A DNA stretch of 23,675 nt from assembly GCA_905178155.1 (NCBI GenBank), contig CAJINV010000003.1, positions 8,164,040 to 8,187,714 on the forward strand, written 5' to 3'. The notes under the pieces were generated by a model, which was not told where the DNA came from, made no database searches, and was given only the letters and a program-made list of their open reading frames with translations. Each line of letters begins with the position of its first letter. Position 1 is the stretch's first letter. This DNA is from Amoebophrya sp. A120. Lineage: Eukaryota; Protista; Dinoflagellata. Below, in pieces: positions 9,934 to 19,600 of the stretch. The position numbers and the translations under genes were made by a program.

Positions 9934-12618
9934 ATGTCTTCGCAAAACAACGCCGGAAAGGTCTTTATAGGCGGCTTAGCGCCGCAGTCAACGAAAGAAT
10001 CCCTGATGGCCTACTTTGCGGTACCTACTACTTCCGCGGAAGCGCACTAATTCCTGCTGATAGAATGTTGACTATCATGCTAAAAAAAAGTAAACCGCGA
10101 CGCAATACGCATTACATGCATGCCAGCACATTAGGGTCTATTCTTCGCGCTACCATTTGCATCAACACAAATACCACCATACATAAAAAAATTTATGTCA
10201 CTTAGCATGTAAAAAGTAGCAGCGGGGCATAGCCATAGGCACTTATCATGTAAGTTTAGGTCACAACACTGGACTTATGTCATAAGAAACTAGGAAACCA
10301 ACAAGGAGGTGTGTATGCTGCATGTCGTGGTCGTCGATTTACTATGGTTGCTACTGTATCCCATTTCCACGCTGCAGTTGGGAAAGAAATCAGTTTTAGA
10401 CCATATTTGCCGGTCAATCTAAGCATCCCATATATGTAGATACTACAAATGTCGTGCATGCTTCTGAATCATACATGTGTATTTTTTGAAAAAAAAAAAT
10501 ACTACAGCAATACGGGGCGGTGTCGGATGTCAATGTCATGATGTCCATGGATCAAGCGACTGGTCAGATGCGTTCCCGGGGCTTCGGTTTCGTCACCTTC
10601 CAGGATCCTAACAGCGTCGAAAGCGTATGATTTGATTTTTGCTGTTGATTTTTATGCCTCTTGGTTTTGTATCCTGCACCAGGTTCTTGCGGCACATACA
10701 CGCCGCCAAAGTCAAGAGGCCTAGTACCGGGTCATTTGCAACCCGTACTACGAAACAGAAACTAAGATATTTACAACTAATCCGCGCAGTTTCGATATTT
10801 CGGGAAAAATCAAAATTAGAATTGAAATCGCAACAAAAGTTAACTCATCGTCTGCCTTCGAGCGACGTAGAAGATGAATCCTAAACCCAAAGAACTCACT
10901 TTTTCTGAACAGTTGGTTGGCCCCGGAGTTTTTCAAGTCCGCATGAACGTGGATGGAAAGGACGTAGATGTGAAGCGAATTGACGAGAACCGAAAAGGCG
11001 ACAATGGACTTTCCGAAATCGATAGCCGAAAGATTTTTGTGGGTGGCCTTCCGGACACGTGTGACGGACCAACGTTGCGAGGTACTTTGTGCTTGTTCTC
11101 ACCCGCAAACCAGATGTTGACATTGGGAAATCTATTTGATGTTTCTTTCACTTCAAATAAATAGTTCTTCTTCTTCAGTGTCAAAACCAGTGCGCTGCCT
11201 GACCCGTCACGCAGCGAGCGCCTTTGGTCCTCGCTGAACTTTCGGGATCATCAGCATCATCATCATCATGACCATACAATAATATCCTTTTGCACTCCAA
11301 CAATTCTTTCAGAGTACTTCGTCAAATTTGACCCGCAAGTGCAGGAAGCACGGGTGCAGACGGATCCGGTTTCCGGGCGAAGTCGGTGTTTCGGGTACGT
11401 GACATTCTCGGACAAGAACGTCGTGCAGCAAGTCATCCAGATGCGGGACCAGCACTACATTGGCACGAAGTGGATTGATATCAAATGCAAAAATATGTTT
11501 GGGTCTGGAAGCGTGGGAACTTGTCATGCAGATTTTCCATGACCTCCGATGAGGTCAAGGTCTGGAATGCAGGACCTGGCATGACAGAAGATTCTCTGAG
11601 ATCTATATCATGCCGGTCCTGCATGAGAAACTCGCTCTCTACTTGGTCAAAAGTGGACAACTGTTGGCAGTCATGCAACACACATTTTTCCAGGGTGTAG
11701 GCTTAGCATCACAAGTTACTGCCTTCCAGATGACCCAGACATATTTGCAATGCATAATCGATGTGAAGGCGATCGAACCGAAGGGCGCGGCAGGGGGGAA
11801 AGGCAAGGGCGGCAAGGGGTTTGGCAAAGGCGGAAAGGGTGGAGGAAAGCAGAAAGGCGGCAAAAACTACAACCAATTCGGCGGCAAGCAGCAGGGCTAC
11901 GGACAGCCACAATATGGAGCCCCGCAGCAGGGATACGGTACTTCTACTTTTGCCCGATTTTTCGTTGTAGTCCCTCATCTCTACTTCTCACGCATAAGTA
12001 AAAATCTCCCCGTACTAGATGATGGCTAGCTCTTGTGATAAGCGGATATTTGTTCAGAGACGAAGCGGATATTTGTTCAGAGACGAAGACGCCGGATGCA
12101 ATTCACACGGGAAGATGATCGCAGCAGGCACGATCACGATGGATGATCGTCGTTCTTTCACTGGAACAGCCATGGTCAATTCGTGCACAGCATTGTATCA
12201 TTTTTTCATCTCTGCAGGTGCTCCGCCGGCGCAGAACTACGGTGCGCCCGCATACCAGCAGCAGGCCTACGGGCAGCCGCCACCGGCGTACCAGCAGCCC
12301 GCGTACGGCCAACCACCAGCGTATGGCGCCCCGCCGGGTGGCTACCAGCAACCGCCGATGCAGCAACCGTACCAAGGATCTCCCGGTCAGTACCAACAGC
12401 CCGGAGCCGCGCCACCAGCACAAGGTACATTGTTCATTCGGACTATAAATAAGTAGTTCATCTTGCTTGTGATTCTTCATTCGAATGCGCGAGGCTTATC
12501 CTGGTATTCCAATGAGTCTATCAGTATCATACAAAACCTTACAGGATATGCACCGCAATACGCAGCAGCACCACCCCAAGGCCAGTACTACGACCAGTCG
12601 CGTCCGGCTCCCTACTGA
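9934..12618 (+). CDS. Two-RRM RNA-binding protein (hnRNP A/B/D, Musashi, Hrp1-like) with Gly/Lys-rich and Q/P/Y-rich tail; about 334 aa. Exons 9934-10020, 10508-10624, 10683-10716 (or 10710), 10938-11081, 11313-11478, 11762-11937, 12218-12424, 12545-12618
   Basis: RNP2/RNP1 motifs KVFIGGL and RSRGFGFVTF, then KIFVGGL and RSRCFGYVTF. Also DGKDVDVKR, KWIDVKA, and a C-terminal RPAPY (PY-NLS-like). Intron phases are consistent throughout. Confidence 0.9.
11479..11761 (+). mobile_element. Non-canonical introner-like intron inside RRM2, 283 nt
   Basis: About 50-nt imperfect TIR (tatcaaatgcaaaaatatgtttgggtctggaag...aacttgtcatgc vs gcatcacaagtt...cttccagatgacccagacatatttgcaatgcata). Direct repeat ATTGA/ATCGA. 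Removal restores HYIGTKWIDVKAIEPK. Confidence 0.9.
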
Positions 12619-14734
12619 TTCAGGATATTTGGCGGCATCTCACTTAGTAGTAGTACGCAAACACCAGCGATCCAAAACAAAACCTATTTTTAATTCTATG
12701 TAACAACACCCACCTGGCGAGCTTTCTATTTTTCAGCTTTTGAGAACTGTAGTTTTAATAGATCATACTAGCACCCAGAAATCCAAGATTTGTGCTAGTC
12801 GAGGATTTTTGCGGGGCTGGTCAGTAAACTCTATACACGACAAGGAGTTTACTGCTTGTATTCTTCGACATGTACCACGCGCGAGATTAGATAACCAAAG
12901 AATCTGAGGCCAAGGAACAACATCTCAAGAACATAGGCTTTTTGAACACGTAGCGGAACTAATGGCCCCTGCCAAGATTGATCCGTCTTGATTATCAGTT
13001 TTCGGCACTGAGTTACAACTTTGTCGTCTCTCTGGTGCACTCAGATAGGCGTACCGTTTACAAAAATTTCAACCTCCACATTTGGAATTGGAAGCTCATG
13101 CCGTTCGCAGCAGCACAGCATAACGTCGAAAATTGCACGACAGATCACAGACGGTAGAAAGAGGCTTTTTCTCCGATTTTCGTCTTCGTGGAGCGGAAAT
13201 TAGCACGGTGCATTGATGCATGCATTGCTTTTGCTACGGTTGTATATTGACGGATGACACACCAAAGAGAAAGATGCAGTATGCGCAACGAAGGATTTGA
13301 CGACCACGCCACTTTTGTATGCTGTACTTGTATTTCCACTTTCCCTAACAGAATTGTCATTCCCTTTCCTCGCGCATAGCGACGGAAGAATTTTATATGC
13401 GAATTTCTTGTCGTTTCACCCAAAATCAAAAATAGAAGACCAAAAAGTAGATCGGATACTGAGGTTTCGGGGCAGCTGACGCAGTGACCAACAATCAGCG
13501 ATCCGCTGTTGATGTGTTTTATCGTTGTTCACGAGAACGAGAAGGTAATGGTTTTTTCGGCTGAGTGCTTTGTGTATACAAATTCAAATTTGAAACAGTT
13601 GTTGAGTAAACCTACCTGCCTAACAGCAACAGCACTTCATAGTCTTTGCAAGTCGGGAGTTGCGAGTTTTAGCTTTGTGTTTCGACGGCGGTCAAGGACT
13701 GCTCAGAACGTGAGGATATTCGAGGATCATGAGCGAAACTGTGTAAAAAGTGAACTCGTGCGCTAGAAAGTGAACTCGTGCGCCATTCCACTGGTCATTC
13801 GAAGGCCGGATTGCAATGTGGCTTTATTATCCTGCACGAGTCGTGATTAGGAGCCGAGCGAGAGCTACAGCTGCAGCTAGCGGTTCAGATTTTTTCCCGC
13901 ACGGCGGGAGTAGTGCATAGTACTTTTTTTGAAAACTGAATTTCCGTCGGGCCACCTGTGATTTGCTTGAGATTCACGGTAAACTGATCATGCCTTTCTC
14001 TGGCGTCCATCCCTGGATTATTGCGTGCTGCGTGAGCCCTGGGGTGTGCGACAGCGTGATAAACCGTGCTGCGTTACGTTGACGGTGTGCTGGCTGGATT
14101 CTCATCCACGCAATGCTGGTTCCGAGTTCTTGTGCATCTTCACTGAGATCATGATAATCCGGTCGGCGAGGGATCTTGTAGTTTTTGACGTCAAATAAGA
14201 ACCGGACCCACGACGAAAAGTCATACACTTTGCTCGAGCCTCTCACTGCACGACTCGCCGCGAAATTAATTGCTGGTGAAGAAGAGGAACACTAAGGAGC
14301 CGCACGCGGCGGCACAGTCACGTCTGCACAAAAGACAAGGCGCTCGCGCGAACCGAAAGTATTCTTGCCGTCCGCACGCCTCGAAAAAATAAAAAAACCA
14401 CGCCAGTGTCGAATGGAAAAAGACCGACGCCACGGCAGTTGATGATGAAGTAGCCCGGAGTAAACGGAGTCTCCGGCGCGAGAACAACCGTGACCATGCA
14501 GACGATGAAGTTCCTTTCGGAGCTTAGTTTTGTTCCGTAGAGACGATCGTTTTTCTATCGCTCCCGGGTCACCACGGAGCGTCCTGTCTAAGAAGATCAA
14601 AGACAAAGGCCAAAGGAAACGCAGCGTAAGTCGTCAAACCTGACGCATCTACTTAGCAGTGCCTTTACTCTCTGTGTCGCAACGTGACGAAGAGACTTCA
14701 CTACTTATAGAGATGAAAAAGGTGATCTTCCCGC

Positions 14735-16306
14735 GTGTTCTTATCCCTAAGAGAAATCGCGCCATACCGTCGCGATTCGTGAGTTTTTTTCATTCTAGGC
14801 GAGGCCTGGCGTGTCTGAGGCCAACAAAAGCGAGACCGCCCAGGGCTATCCAAAGCCTTCGCCGCGCATCCTCCAGAGGGTCGCGCTTTCGTGCTTGGCG
14901 CAGCCCCAGCGCATGCGCCAGGGAACGCGCTGCGCGCTGACAGAATAACCGCCGGCCACTGCGTCCAAGTTCGCGCGCCTGGGCGCGAGCTGATGCCCCA
15001 GCTTGGAGGGGCTCTTTTTTTCCCCAAAGACCCCCCCCAAGCCGGGGCTACGCCGGCGGTCACACCGGGCCGCGGCAGTGTGCGGGCCCATTCGTCTCTC
15101 TTTGTGTCAGATAGCAGATGATAGCCCCTGCGGTGTTGTCTTTGTTGCCTGCGCCGTGCCATCGGTCCTAAATTAGGACCGATGGGGCGCTGGCTTATCG
15201 CGGAAGAGAACACCCGGACAAGCCAGCCGCGCAGACCAGTGGGGGCGAACGTCGTAAAATGCTGGCAACGGCAGGCCCCCCCTCACCAACTTCCAAAAAG
15301 CCAGCTGCCTTCGGATAGCCGTCAACTTCGCGTAATGCTTCCCCTCCCCGCGAGGACCACCACGACTGGGCAGCAGTGTCGGAATGTCGCTCTCCAGCTT
15401 CCAACCTGCAGTAGGGTAATTGGATCAGAATTGAAGCTGCTCCTCCAGATGTTCCCGTTCTCTCAAAAGTGCTGTTCTTATCCCTCCTGTTCGTGCATAG
15501 ATAAGAACACCACTTTTAGGTCGTTACAAACGTGTTCTTATCTATGCACCATTTGGAGGATAAGAACAGCATTTTTGCGAGAGCGGGAACATCTGGCGCA
15601 CAAGATGTCATTCTGCTTCGTGCCAGCCACCAACTTCTGGTCGCTACAAACGTGTTCTTATCTATGCACGGCGTGGAGGATAAGAGCAGCAGTCTTCGAG
15701 AGCGGGAACATTCGGCGCAGAAGCTCCAACTCTGTTTCGTGCCAAAACATCAATCGCAGGTCGTTGCAGTAGGCGTTCTTATCTATCTTTTTTGAGCGTT
15801 TAAACGAACACCAGGCGGGAAGCTTTTCGGGTCTTCTGCCAGTGCGTCCACCACGGCCGCGAAAGCGGTCCGGTGCCAACGGTGAGTGATTGGGGCGGCG
15901 GGTGAGAGATGGGGGCGCGCTTGAAGAGTTCCAAGAGGTCTCGAGGGGCCTGCGCACCAAGTCTGCACGAGCCGGCTTGCGGCCTTTTTTGGGTCGCGAG
16001 TACGTCGGGCTCGGGGCCGCGGAAAAGATGCCCGCCTGCGCCGGGTGGGTGTGTTGTGAGTGCCCGCGGGGCGCGTCGATCTGCGCAGTGGGGGGGGCCT
16101 CTTTAGTCTATGTCTAGGCTCGCCGGGGTGCTAGCGTGCCTGTTGGTTCCTCTAGAAAGACGCCTGGGCCGCGTGAAAAAACCCACCAGGGAAGGCAACA
16201 GCACTCCTACGCAGGCGCGACCATAAAAGCTGCAGCGCCTGCGTTGGCGCAAAAAACAGGGCAAATCCCGACGGTATGCTGCGAATTCCTTTAGGGATAA
16301 GAACAC
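14735..16306. mobile_element. Non-autonomous TIR/foldback-like element of about 1.57 kb
   Basis: 45-bp TIR 14735-14779 vs 16262-16306 (38/45), with weaker inverted similarity further in (14785-14827 vs 16140-16181). The terminal motif gtgttcttatc recurs internally. No credible ORF. Confidence 0.7.
15445..15786. repeat. Internal 120-bp-period repeats with one inverted copy
   Basis: gtgttcttatctatgcac...ggaggataaga(a/g)cagca...gagagcgggaacat occurs at 15532 and 15652, partially at 15773, and reverse-complemented at 15445-15510. Confidence 0.8.
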
Positions 16307-16681
16307 TGCTGGGTGTCGCAACGTGACGAAGAGACTTCACTACTTCGCCGCAACGACGTGACGAATTTGAGTAAGGTGAGTTTCCCCCACGGCGGCCCAC
16401 GACAACTGAGACTTCGCGACTGGGACTTGCTTTGCTTCCATCTACTGCGACGACAGGGTACGAACTCAACCGCATAATTCACGGGCGAAGAAAAGCATCA
16501 AAAGCTGGTCGTTTGGTAGAGGTATACTGAACGTGGCCAAGACCATCTCGGCACTTGGAGCGACCTGTTGTACGAACGGAGTTTGCTTCTAGCGTTGACA
16601 TTCTCGTCGCCTCGGTGTGCAAACAGCAACGTCTGGAGGTGGGACTCTTCTAAGTAGCCCTGTGCATCCCAGGAAGTGAAA

Positions 16682-19600
16682 ATGCGGGTTCTTATAGTAG
16701 ACGGCTTCACCAAGTCCAGGCGGGGCAGGGAGGCCTTCAACGATTTCAAGTACACGATCACCAAGGCATTGGAAGGACCCTACTACAAATACCTCACTGC
16801 GGTGGCGCTAGCGGTATACATAAGTAATATCCGGGACGACTTTGTGGTCCAGGATTTTGTCGTTTTTTGTTTTTCTTTGTCGTGCTTGTTTCATGTCTCT
16901 ACTTATTCTGAATGCGTATGCGACTTCGAGTCTCATCGCAAACGAGATGAAAACCACGACCGCCTATTTTCCGGTTGCAAACTGAACATCAGGTTCGCAA
17001 TTACCGCCAACTTGATGAATTTCTGTTCGACATGGGTGGGAACGGGGATTCATCATGCTTGAAGGCGTTTCAAAATTTGGATATGATTTTTATCGGCTGC
17101 GACGAGCCGGCGTTGGTGCCGTGGGGTGAGGCCGTAAAGGGCGTTCGCCTTCTGCTGAGGCAGTGTATTCAGTACGGAACGCCGACTTTCGCGACCGGAT
17201 TCGCCTCCCACTTGATACCCTACCTAGTGCAATTACGAGGCGAGCACATCCGAGTCATAAATGGGTGCGGGCTTGGCGGCAGCTACAACGAAATCTCAGC
17301 TCTCCCCGCGAAAGTGAAGTACTTAACATCACTACATTTTTATCATTGTCCTAAACACGATGTGCTGCTGTTCCTGTTCCTGCGGCCGACACTTCTTTTG
17401 TAGACGTTTTTTGTCACGTTGAGCGGGCTTCTTGAAGTTGAATATATCCAAATCAACTTCGATGTTTCTATCGTTTCCTTGATCTGGTATTCGCAGGAAG
17501 TCCGCGCTTCCGCCAGACACATTTCTGGATGCCGAAAATGGAGACATATACCAGCGGAAGGAGTATTGCGACTTCAAGCACGTTGGGAACGTTGGTGTTT
17601 ACAACCCGAAACTGAAGCAAGGGCGCAACGTCTACAAAACGGTACATTTTCATATGTGTTTTATCCGTTGTTGTTTGTTGTTGTCGAGATTGCTCAGAGG
17701 TTACAGCTTGGGCACCTGTTAAATAAGCGGCCGCGTAAGCTCTTTGTAATTGGTGCGTATTTCGCGTCTCGGATAATTTCACGAACAGTGCAGTGCACAC
17801 CCTGAAACTTTCCCCAGGGTCGCAATATTTGGCAGCTTTCGCGCCCGCCGGTCGCAAGAACAAAAGCGGGCCAGCGATCCATCGTGGGTTGGCGCAGCTT
17901 TTGTGGCAGCGCCTTTCCCGCGGATCAGACGGGCGCGCGAACGCGATTGCGTGGGCGACGCCTCTGGCACTCCGGGCCGGGTTGGGGAGGAGGTAGGAGG
18001 ACGGCGGGCCAAGCCGCTCCGAGAACGCGTTCTCGAGCCGATTTGGCCGGGGGGCGCAGGCGTTCTCGAGCCGGTTTGGTCGCTCGCGGATGGGCCAGAG
18101 GTCGGAGCGGCCGAAGTCGGCCCGGAGTGGCGGTTTGGTCGGGAAGCGATGCTGGGGCCCGGCACGCCGGGCCGGGTTGGGGACGAGGCGGGAGGGCGGC
18201 GGGGCAGGTCGGATGGGCGACTGGCTCTGGCACTTCGGGCCGGGTTGGAGAGGGCGACCAAATCGGCGTGAGGTCGCGTTCTCGAGCCGGTTTGGTGGGG
18301 CTGCTGACCAAATCGCCTCGAGATCGCGGTCTCGCGCCGATTTGGTCGCCCGATGGTGGACGCCCCAGGACGGGTTGGGGAGGGCGACCAAATCGGCGCG
18401 AGACCGCGACTTGGTGAGGCCGCTGACCAAATCGTCTCGAGATCGCGGTCTCGCGCCGATTTGGTCCACCTTTGGTGAGGCTGCTGACCAAATCGGCCCG
18501 AGATCGCGGTCTCGAGCCGATTTGGTCGGCCGCGGTTGGACGGGTTGGAGAGGCCGATGGCCAAATCGTCCCGAGATCGCGGTCTCGAGCCGATTTGGTC
18601 GGCCGCGGTTGGACGGGCTGGAGAGGCCGATGACCAAATCGCCCCGAGATCGCGGTCTCGAGCCGATTTGGTCGGCCGCGGGTGGACGGGTTGGAGAGGC
18701 CGATGGCCAAATCGCCCCGAGATCGCGATCTCGAGCCGATTTGGTCGGCCGCGGGTGGACGGGTTGGAGAGGCCGATGACCAAATCGTCCCGAGATCGCG
18801 ATCTCGAGCCGATTTGGTCGGCCGCGGGTGGACGGGTTGGAGAGGCCGATGACCAAATCGTCCCGAGATCGCGATCTCGAGCCGATTTGGTCGGCCGCGG
18901 GTGGACGGGTTGGAGAGGCCGATGACCAAATCGTCCCGAGATCGCGATCTCGAGCCGATTTGGTCGGCCGCGGGTGGACGGGTTGGAGAGGCCGATGACC
19001 AAATCGTCCCGAGATCGCGATCTCGAGCCGATTTGGTCGGCCGCGGGTGGACGGGTTGGAGAGGCCGATGACCAAATCGTCCCGAGATCGCGATCTCGAG
19101 CCGATTTGGTCGGCCGCGGGTGGACGGGTTGGAGAGGCCGATGACCAAATCGTCCCGAGATCGCGATCTCGAGCCGATTTGGTCGGCCGCGGGTGGACGG
19201 GTTGGAGAGGCCGATGACCAAATCGTCCCGAGATCGCGATCTCGAGCCGATTTGGTCGGCCGCGGGTGGACGGGTTGGAGAGGCCGATGACCAAATCGTC
19301 CCGAGATCGCGATCTCGAGCCGATTTGGTCGGCCGCGGATGGACGGGTTGGAGAGGCCGATGACCAAATCGTCCCGAGATCGCGATCTCGAGCCGATTTG
19401 GTCGGCCGCGGGTGGACGGGTTGGAGAGGCCGATGACCAAATCGTCCCGAGATCGCGATCTCGAGCCGATTTGGTCGGCCGCGGGTGGACGGGTTGGAGA
19501 GGCCGATGACCAAATCGTCCCGAGATCGCGATCTCGAGCCGATTTGGTCGGCCGCGGGTGGACGGGTTGGAGAGGCCGATGACCAAATCGTCCCGAGATC

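Noticed and set aside
12041-13783. Small tandem duplications (23-bp period at ~12041-12089; 17-mer at ~13747-13783)
   Set aside because: Ordinary slippage duplications in non-coding DNA.
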